64,000 bases of DNA from a virus. Its lineage: Duplodnaviria; Caudoviricetes. Both the position numbers and the translations under genes were made by a program. Position 1 is the first letter of the stretch. Every line of letters starts with the position of its first letter. The DNA is taken from positions 32,001 to 96,000 of the IMG/VR virus record IMGVR_UViG_3300025751_000013; one strand, given 5' to 3'. The notes under the pieces were generated by a model. It did not search any database. It was not told the origin of the DNA and worked only from the letters and a program-made list of their open reading frames with translations. Shown one piece after another: positions 13,901 through 19,331 of the stretch.

Positions 13901-16828
13901 ATTAGAGAAAATCCATTTAAGGTCGGAGATAAAATTAAACTAAAACCAAATAGTTTGACATTTACATGTGCATATGATACTACTACTCCGTTATCATATC
14001 CAGATTATAACGGCGGAACTGGTGCAGCTCCAGCATGGCAAGCAGATTTAGAAATCACAGCAGCAGATGATGTTAGTATTACTGTTAACGTTGGAGATGC
14101 CGCAGGCGCAGCAGCAACTAGTGTTCATACATTTGTAAGTGCAGATATTGATACTATTAGTTTAGTTCCAGGATATGTAACACCAAGCCCAACTGGTTAT
14201 GATGCAGGAACTTACCTAAGTACATATAAACAAGCTAGAGATAATATCGAAGCTAACAGAGAGTTTATAATTGCAGACGTAATCGGATTCATTGAAACTG
14301 ATGATACATTACTAGGATTTGACAGAGATACTTGTGCAAGAGATACTGGACTAATAATTGATGCAATATCATGGGATTTAGTATTTGATTCAAACCAACA
14401 AAGTATTACAGCAGGTAGAGGATATCTAAGACAAGATGTAGGAGTTCTTCCAGCAACTCAAACAGCAGCTACAACAGCAGGATTTGATAGACTAAGAGAC
14501 TTACTTTTGGCTCTAGTAATTCAAACTGGTGCAGATGCAGAAAGAGCAAAAGAAAGTATTTCGGCTAACATTGGTCTAATAAATGATATCATTACTAATG
14601 GTGATAGTCAAACAATTCCATCTAGAAAACTTCCAGCACCAACAACAGGCGCAGCAATTGTTCCAACTGCTATTACATATACTCCAGCTGATGGTTTAAT
14701 GGTTATTACATCAGAAGCGCATGGTTTAAATGTAGGCGATTATGTAATGATTGCAGACGAGAGTTTAACATTTACTTGTGAAAGTTCTCTAGGAAGTGGT
14801 ATACTAGAAAAAATTAGTCATCCAAGATCAAACGAGTATGCAAGCCGTAGAGCAATTATTGTTTCAGCAGTAGCTGATGCCAATACATACACTATTAACA
14901 TTGATCCAAATCTTGAAAACAGTGGCGACGGTAATGTTGCTCATACATTTGTAAGTGCAAGCGCAAATGCAATTAAGAAAGCAGAAGATGCTAATGGTAA
15001 ATTAGATGTATTCTTTAACATTAGCGCACAGCGTACATGGATTATCGATGCAGTAGAAGACTATATTGAAGATGCTACCGGATTAAATCAACCAGCTGGT
15101 AGTTGGAATACCAAGTGTAAAGAAGACATAGGTCTAATAATTGACGCAGCATTGTATGACTTAATGTACGGTACCAATCTTGAAACACGCACAGCAGCAC
15201 AAGCATATACAACCGATGCAGGTGTATTACTACTAGGTGCAGACCCAACTGAAAGATCTAACACTATTGCAGCATATGTATATCTAGCAGACTTGCTTGA
15301 GCAAGTTGGTAATGATGTAGTTACAGAAACTTTATATGGCGATACAGCAACAGCTGGATTTACAGCAACTGGTACAGTACCAGGCGGCAACGGATCTCCT
15401 GCACTAGCAGCTCATGATAGTGTTGAAGTTGTTAGAGCTTACCTAGATGCATATGTTACAAGTGCAACTGATAATGCAACTGACAAAGCAGCAGCAGAAG
15501 CTACACTTCCTGCAGTTGCTTATGGTTCGAGAACTTGGTCTTCAACTACACAACAAGCTATATTCAACCAATTCCAAAGTGAACGTCAAGAATTGCAAGA
15601 TGCAGTTACAGCGTTTATTGAAGAGAACTTTGCTTATGTGCAAGAAAAATGTAAGAGAGATGTAGGCTATATTCTAGATGCAGTTTATTACGATATGACA
15701 TATGGTGGTAATAGCGAAACGTTTACAGTTGGTAAGAGTTACTTCTCCGACGAAGGTGTAAATCAATTAAGAACACTAAGAGAAGTAAATGCAACTCAAG
15801 CAGCATACGGACACTTAAGAGACTTAGTAGAAGCAGTTGCCATTGGTGATGACACCGTGGCGTTGATTGCAACTCCTAAACAGACAGATATTGCTTATAA
15901 TTCAACAGCAGTTGATCAGGGAGGCAGCAATGCTGGTAGTACCCAGGCTAAATTACTAATAAGCAATGTGTTAAGTTTCTTAGATGATACTATTAATAGA
16001 ACAAATGTAATACCAACTGTAGCTGAAACTACTCCATCTACATCATGGGTAGCAGCTGATCTAGTAACAGCCGCAACTGCACTAACTGATGCAAAGCGTA
16101 CAGTACAAGATGAAACAACTGTATTCATTGAAGAAAATTATGCTTACATTAAATCTAAGTGTGAAAGAGATATTAGATACATTGTAGATGCAGTTGCATA
16201 CGACATATTCTATGGTGGTAACTCACAAGCACATCTAGCAGCAGAGCAATATTTTGACGGAGGTAATTATCAAATACCAGTTCCAACAAAGAATGCTACA
16301 GTACAGACATTTAAATATCTACTAGAAATAATGTCAGATGCTGTACGTAACATTACTGTGTCTGCATTACAAAATAGAGTAATCCAAACTACAACTGGCG
16401 CATCTGCAACAACGTTTGAAGCAGATCGTATTAAGGACTTGTTAACAATTATTGTTAATCTAGTACAGCATGGTTACTCAAGTCAAGTTACATTTGATGT
16501 TAATATCACAACAATACCGAGAATTAACGAAAGTGTAACATTCCACCAAACAAGTTTGATTACAGCAAGTGGACAAACATTTGAGTGGGTTGGATCCGGA
16601 ACTAATATTCAATCAGCGGTTCCATACAAAGGCGGACAACCAGTTGAAGCACAACAGGTAGTGGAAAGTAACGAAGGTAAAGTTTACTTTACAAGTACTG
16701 ACCAAAAAGGTGACTTCAAAATTGGTAACAGCTTAACTATTGAACGTGCGTCTGGTACGATTACTGGACAGACTTTTGATAGATCACTATTCGCGGTGTT
16801 AACACCATACATCTTGTCACTACAGTAA
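1952..16828 (+). CDS. Giant virion appendage protein (4,958 aa): attachment motif, beta-helix, 22 phycobiliprotein-like CxRD helical repeats and inserted beta domains
   Basis: N-terminal IRLKRS..GKIP..LELGEVAVNTHDGK fibre-attachment-like motif, then FYVTQDGSNTNDG..AFATI pectin-lyase-like beta-helix start. 22 repeats of [FY]xxxKCxRD(V/I)xxI(L/V/I)DAxxxDxxxGxN. Late promoter upstream. Confidence 0.85.
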   Translation: MSTIRLKRSAEPGKIPSIEQLELGEVAVNTHDGKMFMKRDQSGNFAIKEFGARDAASNVFYVTQDGSNTNDGKTIGDAFATIDYALKNIPEGSTLYVKAGQHTVDNPVKLPAFVAIVGDSLRTTFVQPKNPAEDIFWVNNGCFLKDMRFNNYIAPSAAVSFPPDGSAGSIMCSPYVQNCTSYTTTGTGMRVDGSVVTGLRSMVVDAYTQYNQGGIGVHHLNRGNTQLVSIFTISCDISILCESGGFCSLTNSNTSFGNYGLISDGYSEALFGASAGANISRNSMFMNDLVTVPFIQNASVFSGTGEVYTISEATPIKVGQGVVTGPTLTQEDSDLLFARERILANREVIQRSTVNFVKDNYQTGGEFDEAKCARDSQLILDGVGFDVALDTNFNSVYNGISYQRANAKFVINTQFEATKGAIDFLKAETAALLSGTSLTRANAGFDDVKGILDGGVISTTVPGDGVADALTFSSTLGVTDGINARTILQANIAFLQAEVLAFNDDYNATAIAADATGATTVVYDREKCQRDVQYIVDALSYDAQYGGNSATVSAMNSYIVGTGIDQLPADQRDLTADSYAHLADMVAAILTDPSVDPGTKLSAGSPDNSAAVTAASLSGTIEALVDTFAGVLIEDATPAGTPTATIPAVVTPNVTTLGVAAEFTTSQTAITNASAQIVDDVIAFVNQEYNFSFNQEKCARDLQEIIDAAKIDAVTNSLYNQTVVGLTYTMESSAYLLNLQKTQTAAGIQYARDLVTADGNFTDTTDRTEFINAVNEVINILNTGTPTSDLTTGTFATNFPTSTDYSNAASRAAAAEAIINGIPSLQTDALTFLQNGNAGGGFDFSAQAGEFSSLASGGTVSSDELKSVYQDMVRDGTFTKCQRDVAYLAQAVAFDTMYGGNSATLRVAKSYFVGAIAGDDDTEISQLGGGQKNATLALYAFLAVQIAAAVSAASANAGLGSGSGASKTINQLVAVVTDHIDADGVALASLDTVILASPADDDEILTVSEIEAVDDEAINDTIFYLQDAFVLLDFNESKCYRDTGIIIDAVVDDMVLGTNYKSVVSGRTYSMDSAALVIADQKVETLAAINHARDEALGFINDFSSNASKVTAYNRVQSNFNLISDLISKSEYAFKSYTVVDADYNPTAAGNYGSTSTPANRVMTLTIGQHSFTTSDTVVIAPNSLTFQCYSSGDNEFQTITHPREVAGQSADPNAVSPGSDPAFETPVDIVAVTDTTITVDVGVNTGAGNVEHTFISATENGITYGNSFINYPMPTNVLPEINRAFTNIKKNKAYLIEEAVAHIDQNYPLLGYDRGTCERDIGLIIDAVSYDAMFDSNFRSITAGKAYLRGVIQVITGDVLVDETTTTTGITGTLLTMDPTKTVVNPGDELTVLPTEQKIATLESFRKLRDLLVQITFDNDTKARVVDRMDLIIDIVQDGESVIPAVSIPTANITTNDTVNYTENFNATGVPETITNIENSREFIIAETKAFIDTNFPALLSTDANGNIVRDYNANDKCERDVGLILDALKYDLTYGGNMETLIAGKAYFSDVVASADGPVDLLGSRSVNIDIVNAGGIQLINPITITTSIKHGLVDGSQVTLLDISGVVELTGKTFFVKKVSDTVFELYDDAALTIPLDGTTGFTAYANLGGTVRVNAAEVIATVESYNFLADLILTLGNGVAPVNPQQTIVTAGALTTTNSPNGTRAKSLVDDIITIIENDSSVPVELLADPSWVTGYNATETYPLELNGTDLYSDFLIMQGEKDDIQSEITRFIEANFAYDKKVCRRDMGYIIDATLFDALYNGNSASYDAARQYYTQGKLVIPAIQRKATGDAMELLRKRIGDVLRSNRVVAEQLPTSPTLVLQDTTTPAATITEILRIQKNFDVLESQIRRDYFINDFIDVIDPDFNLQTETANKIRNKILAEKENLQVKTIKFIDTTFREFRFDREVCSRDVGLILDAVAMDVALGTNYNSIIAGLSYQRGSLSIGTVKDEQKPQTIAAIEFLKTETLAISGLSATGIARATAAFDEIIDIFTNGETSTRTAADAITYPVPTGVDTNKQNSHDLLRANRDFISEEIIEWIEDNFTNFEYDEFKCERDTRIILDAIALDAALNTNYNTITVALAYKRVNAQLVITDQLIQTVAAMDYLRKLVDENKDLSVIGRARMTRLIDDIIEIVQSDTTDLDVFDSTNFDSTLLNAYENIEMNAPKNATQDEIDAKEQLKLNKEFLASEVLAFINLNNPTLDYVEAKCKRDVKFLLDAAAFDLLYGGNSATVQAANSYFVGTANQLGDDEVQATIDAYNHLKTVIEPVVLATSEDNNPVYVPTAGNSMRQIIESDPGTATEVAAIQASLDIVIARIQGTPTPTLVKPSLTGADANLIKDFNEISETASVEAQKVVDYVNDQFANFTYDIDKCARDVKLVVLGAAIDLEYSTNYNSVTNGLSYLRGNAKKVSNAFQKAITLAALDKLKTLAATTIGTGTGYAAAVTAVNASIDTVKTIFDEGLVGITPTNAVYDPTTGVMDLTIGEHTFIQGDTITLEPGSLKFTCASDGNNVVQAYPRTSDPAFNYTLKIIDTGKLTISVNVGVSSETSAHTFITADEKAIKTGALPNAVPALTFAGIDATNDSAYAAKAILANKAFIAAEMSAYVVNDPNFILVGNYDETKCRRDSNNILDAVALDLRTGSNYNSLYAGIAYTRANSDYVISAQKSATIAAIEFLRDTVKALSNVDAAADTRIDSLFAIIIAAINSGATSTLLPGGATGVPLLSLPTPNTPIAGGADAAARLTYNRDALAEEVLEHINQNANAIYLSMDQAKCSRDVKYIVEGLAHDAVYGGNIGAKLNGEAYFVGNDTEQLGIGQRSATVAAYQHLAQVIEQLVGAGVADAGFTSVILVANPTQAWSDNSVPNAATIATYLADSSTGLIETCIVAPINANKLANFYTPTAASYVPTTGVLTLTVTGNPFSNGDTIRLAERSIGFKCQSDGFRKVFYYPRTTDPALNSDLTISNVVGDSFDVQIGVSSEESTHQFVGPATNAIIDSTLPDDVQPASAQYVTTVSFTDAATAIVAGSGTAVDSTISYINSDLSFNQTKCERDTGYIVEALTHDTLYGGNYATTQAALAYRVGVAGQLGSNSPETTATVAAYGTRLPAVVQAIVQGDALTPSTGNSVTQVANANTVSPWTNANATIAADIQNIVDVIEHGGDPLSVDASMIAETNITEGTIYDAESGVLTLTLSGTSTGLVAGTSTIRLARNSLTFTCASDSHATSLTYPDKDSFGYDRELRVLSVAEAGNTTITVNIGNARKLGATSADRIHRFVSAAANAVVLPISPTRPTIANTFATSLVTKADAASDNFGDLINAYLLSDFPTSTYDRTRCKRDVGFIVDALSYDVLYGGNSAMREVARSYFSFGLNLLGDDSKETDATIFAYEHLSSIIGEIVQGVQVGKATGNLLVQTYDTASTLAEAAVAQTLLKLVTDTIRDRSVNKLDEQELPDITWAASEFQNDFASITFNKSVAQADTLQFIDDRYTTFSYDQFKCSRDVGLILDAVLADMVMGGNYQSLLAGSSYYRASAFIVKGDQLPETIESIKFLKKEVEKILTDPLFTATVVPGTYPNPTIRAITPLEAIENAKTLTEVFGDTQEYADLIARFNDVLRVMENGLTNAAEDQIQFVAPTGITGTRTNAKDILLANKEFFVEESVAFIKENFPLIGYDRQTCERDVGLVLDALGFDLMFGSNMRSITAGRSYFREGAAVVSADQKKATLAAFEFLKVKAAEVVSSAILSNGSYVAPGGNKEFIITVGADSYEQKPTGVFYLDGIEQPIIELDPGAVYTFNQDDPTNAYFGDNRHPLVFSTTRDGDNAGGTTYDTGIAYYLDGVSVDEAQYERGFARATLRRVELDLRGKYTTELYYAGGARKGMGNLIYVKAKTTGEPIKKSIQDNMNVILALLDRGNVTWQPYDAEYKTVGTDTSGNLKLYIRENPFKVGDKIKLKPNSLTFTCAYDTTTPLSYPDYNGGTGAAPAWQADLEITAADDVSITVNVGDAAGAAATSVHTFVSADIDTISLVPGYVTPSPTGYDAGTYLSTYKQARDNIEANREFIIADVIGFIETDDTLLGFDRDTCARDTGLIIDAISWDLVFDSNQQSITAGRGYLRQDVGVLPATQTAATTAGFDRLRDLLLALVIQTGADAERAKESISANIGLINDIITNGDSQTIPSRKLPAPTTGAAIVPTAITYTPADGLMVITSEAHGLNVGDYVMIADESLTFTCESSLGSGILEKISHPRSNEYASRRAIIVSAVADANTYTINIDPNLENSGDGNVAHTFVSASANAIKKAEDANGKLDVFFNISAQRTWIIDAVEDYIEDATGLNQPAGSWNTKCKEDIGLIIDAALYDLMYGTNLETRTAAQAYTTDAGVLLLGADPTERSNTIAAYVYLADLLEQVGNDVVTETLYGDTATAGFTATGTVPGGNGSPALAAHDSVEVVRAYLDAYVTSATDNATDKAAAEATLPAVAYGSRTWSSTTQQAIFNQFQSERQELQDAVTAFIEENFAYVQEKCKRDVGYILDAVYYDMTYGGNSETFTVGKSYFSDEGVNQLRTLREVNATQAAYGHLRDLVEAVAIGDDTVALIATPKQTDIAYNSTAVDQGGSNAGSTQAKLLISNVLSFLDDTINRTNVIPTVAETTPSTSWVAADLVTAATALTDAKRTVQDETTVFIEENYAYIKSKCERDIRYIVDAVAYDIFYGGNSQAHLAAEQYFDGGNYQIPVPTKNATVQTFKYLLEIMSDAVRNITVSALQNRVIQTTTGASATTFEADRIKDLLTIIVNLVQHGYSSQVTFDVNITTIPRINESVTFHQTSLITASGQTFEWVGSGTNIQSAVPYKGGQPVEAQQVVESNEGKVYFTSTDQKGDFKIGNSLTIERASGTITGQTFDRSLFAVLTPYILSLQ
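2960..16470 (+). repeat. Protein-level tandem array of 22 globin/phycobiliprotein-like domains
   Basis: Counted 21 CxRD plus one CKED motif; first Cys codon at 3065, last at 16160. Each is preceded by an (I/L)xxNxxxIxxExxxFIxxxY/F helix and followed by a TxAAxxxL helix. Confidence 0.8.
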
Positions 16829-16841
16829 GAGGAAATAAATC

Positions 16842-17180
16842 ATGGCCGAACCATTAAACGTATTTAAGACAATAACAGCAGACTTAACAACTGGGAACGA
16901 AATTGTATATACTGCCCCAGACGGAAAAACTGCAATCATATTGATGGCACAAATATCAAATGTAACAACTACAGCAGCAGCTACTAGTTTTTTACACTTT
17001 GATGCTTTCACTGCTGATCAAACAGAACTACTATCTAATTTTGTAGTTCCAGGTAACGATGCTACAAGTCCTATCACAGGTAAACTTGTGGTAGAAGAAA
17101 ATAACTCGTTACGGGCACAAGCATCAGTAAACGATGCACTAGTGTTAACATTAAGCTTATTGGAGTCACTAAATGCATAA
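16842..17180 (+). CDS. Small virion adaptor-like protein (paralog A), 112 aa
   Basis: RBS GAGGA. FKxxxxxxTTxNExxYTAP..TxIxxxAQ motif shared with 17831..18163. Confidence 0.7.
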   Translation: MAEPLNVFKTITADLTTGNEIVYTAPDGKTAIILMAQISNVTTTAAATSFLHFDAFTADQTELLSNFVVPGNDATSPITGKLVVEENNSLRAQASVNDALVLTLSLLESLNA

Positions 17181-17754
17181 TATAGGATTATTAAGTAACA
17201 GAGTCAAAAAGACTCCAGCGTTAAACGCTGAGAGTTACAGATATACATATCTTGACTTGGAAAATGCTGAACCGGATTGGGGTGTACCTGATACCGCTAA
17301 AGCAGATAACAAAGGTATTAACATTAATCGAGGCCTTGCTGCTTCGGATACACAAGGTACTAGAAACTGGGTTGTAATTGGTCCAGGTCTTAGAATTAAT
17401 GGTGATGATGTTTTACTCGTTGACGAGGAAGCATTTGTTAGTTTGACAGGGGACCAAGAATTTAGCGGTACAAAGACATTCCTTGATCAAATAGTTATTG
17501 GGTCAACTGACTCTACTGACTTAGGTGAAAGATTACGTGTAGACGGTACTATATCGGTCAATAATATCACTACACAGAATCCTGCTTTTAATTTAGTAGA
17601 TACAGTTGCTGAAATTATTAACTTTGGCGGACAGGGTACTGACATTAATATCGGTTCTAGCTTTGGTACAACTACAATTAATAATGATTTAATTATTAAA
17701 GGTAACGTAACAATCGAAGGTACCGAACAAAATATGGACGGTGGTTATTATTAA
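17173..17754 (+). CDS. Short fibre-like protein (paralog B), 193 aa
   Basis: N-terminus IGLLSxRVxKTP..AExDxGVP shared with 18156..18803. Has a LTGDQEFSGTKTF fibre motif and ends in MDGGYY. Confidence 0.65.
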   Translation: MHNIGLLSNRVKKTPALNAESYRYTYLDLENAEPDWGVPDTAKADNKGININRGLAASDTQGTRNWVVIGPGLRINGDDVLLVDEEAFVSLTGDQEFSGTKTFLDQIVIGSTDSTDLGERLRVDGTISVNNITTQNPAFNLVDTVAEIINFGGQGTDINIGSSFGTTTINNDLIIKGNVTIEGTEQNMDGGYY

Positions 17755-17758
17755 TAAT

Positions 17759-17794
17759 TTAGCAAGGTTCACATATAGAAACCTTGCTAATTTT
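17759..17794 (+). terminator. Probable intrinsic terminator
   Basis: 11-bp stem TTAGCAAGGTT/AACCTTGCTAA followed by TTTT, right after the stop at 17754. Confidence 0.6.
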
Positions 17795-17799
17795 ATTAA

Positions 17800-17806
17800 C
17801 TAAATA
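17800..17806 (+). promoter_or_regulatory. T4-late-like promoter (CTAAATA)
   Basis: Variant box between the terminator and the RBS of 17831. Confidence 0.55.
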
Positions 17807-17830
17807 TCATAGTGATAAAAGGACGCACAG

Positions 17831-18163
17831 ATGCCAAATAATAGTTTTAAATCTGTTAACACAGTAATAACTACAGTTAATGAAGTAATCTATACAGCCC
17901 CTCCGGGATTTACAACAATTGTGATTAACGCACAATTAGCAAACACAGCAGAAACAGACGTCAATTGTACATTTAGTTATGTTGAAAGTTCTTCAGGAAG
18001 TGAAACAAATCTTATAAGAGATTTTCGTGTTAGAGGTAACCAATCGCAGTCTGCGATTATGGGACGTCTAGTTATTAACGAAAACGACTCAATTAAGTGT
18101 CGATCAAATATCGATGCACCAATAAGATTAAGTTTAAGCTTGCTGGAGACTGAGGATGTCTAG
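17831..18163 (+). CDS. Small virion adaptor-like protein (paralog A'), 110 aa
   Basis: Clear paralog of 16842..17180 (YTAP, AQxxN, GxLVxxENxS, LSLLE). Confidence 0.7.
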   Translation: MPNNSFKSVNTVITTVNEVIYTAPPGFTTIVINAQLANTAETDVNCTFSYVESSSGSETNLIRDFRVRGNQSQSAIMGRLVINENDSIKCRSNIDAPIRLSLSLLETEDV

Positions 18164-18803
18164 AGGAATAGGGTTACTCAGTGGTAGAGTAACTAAGACA
18201 CCGCCAACAGAAGTTGAATCTGTTGCGCCGGATAGATTTACGTTTATTGATGTTTCAACTGCTGAGGCAGACCTAGGCGTACCTCCTGGCAACGACTACT
18301 TTCTTACCTCTGATACAGTCGGTAACAGATCATGGTTACCTCCGGGGTCACTAGGATTAAACGGTGAAGAAAACGAACTTGTTTTTATTAAAAACGGCGT
18401 AAGTGCATCAACTACTAATATAGAATACGACGAAGTTACTGATAGTATAAAATTTCATAATTCTTATCAGCAACGAGGTACTGCTAAAGTAATATCAGAT
18501 GACAGTTCTTTTACTGACGGAGTAATTGCAACGTTTGATAAAAACTCTTTTGGCAGTGCAAAATATATTGTGCAGGCTGACACACCTTCACGTAAAAGAC
18601 AAATAAGTGAACTACTTTTAGTTCATGACGGTACCAATGCTTCGGCAACAGAATTCGGTGTTATACACACTACAGACCTTCCTATTGCTGAATTTGATGT
18701 AGATATTGAAGGTGATTTAGTAAGATTATTAGCAACAAATGCTATAGATGATTCTACCGAAAATGTAAGTTTTCGTATAGTAGAAATGCTGATGCTAATC
18801 TAA
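18156..18803 (+). CDS. Virion structural protein (paralog B'), 215 aa
   Basis: N-terminus paralogous to 17173. C-terminal SAKYIVQA..QISELLLVHDGT..TEFG domain of the kind seen in marine T4-like fibre proteins. Confidence 0.65.
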   Translation: MSRGIGLLSGRVTKTPPTEVESVAPDRFTFIDVSTAEADLGVPPGNDYFLTSDTVGNRSWLPPGSLGLNGEENELVFIKNGVSASTTNIEYDEVTDSIKFHNSYQQRGTAKVISDDSSFTDGVIATFDKNSFGSAKYIVQADTPSRKRQISELLLVHDGTNASATEFGVIHTTDLPIAEFDVDIEGDLVRLLATNAIDDSTENVSFRIVEMLMLI

Positions 18804-18842
18804 TAAAACAGTACATTATTATCCGCTTAAGCTTCAATTGGC

Positions 18843-18849
18843 ATAAATA
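18843..18849 (+). promoter_or_regulatory. T4-late-like promoter (ATAAATA)
   Basis: Intergenic box upstream of the unit containing the 9,511-aa gene. Confidence 0.65.
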
Positions 18850-18884
18850 CCTTACAGCATGCCAATTAGGGGAGAGTGAACCGG

Positions 18885-19328
18885 ATGGCTAATAATAAAA
18901 AGTTCGTAGTCAAAAATGGACTACGCACCCATAACATTGACTTTACAACAACAGATTTGACAAAAACCATTCTTATGGATATTGACAATCTAGGTGATCT
19001 AAATGTTATCGGTGAGGGCAAAATCGTAGTAGGCGATTATGATGACAGTAGTAGTGTCATCGATCCTACAACTAAAATTGAGGTAATAGGTAATATTACA
19101 GCTTTTAAAGTAAAAGCTGATTTCCAGGGGGATGTGTTTGGGCAAGACTCTTCTCGACTTGTGGACTCTAATAACGGAGAGTTTAACGGATTTTTAAATG
19201 GGCAAGTAAGTAGTTTAGATAATCATACAACTGATGATCTAGATGAGGGCACACAAAATCTTTACTTTACGAAACAGAGAGCAAGACGTGAAGCAAGAAT
19301 AATGGCACTGATCTTTGGGAGTAACTAA
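18885..19328 (+). CDS. Short fibre/connector protein (ATG 18885 preferred over GTG 18876)
   Basis: AGGGGAG RBS spacing fits ATG 18885. Has KKFVVKNGL start, TTDDLDEGTQNLYFTKQRAR motif and C-terminal MALIFG helix. Confidence 0.65.
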   Translation: MANNKKFVVKNGLRTHNIDFTTTDLTKTILMDIDNLGDLNVIGEGKIVVGDYDDSSSVIDPTTKIEVIGNITAFKVKADFQGDVFGQDSSRLVDSNNGEFNGFLNGQVSSLDNHTTDDLDEGTQNLYFTKQRARREARIMALIFGSN

Positions 19329-19331
19329 TAT

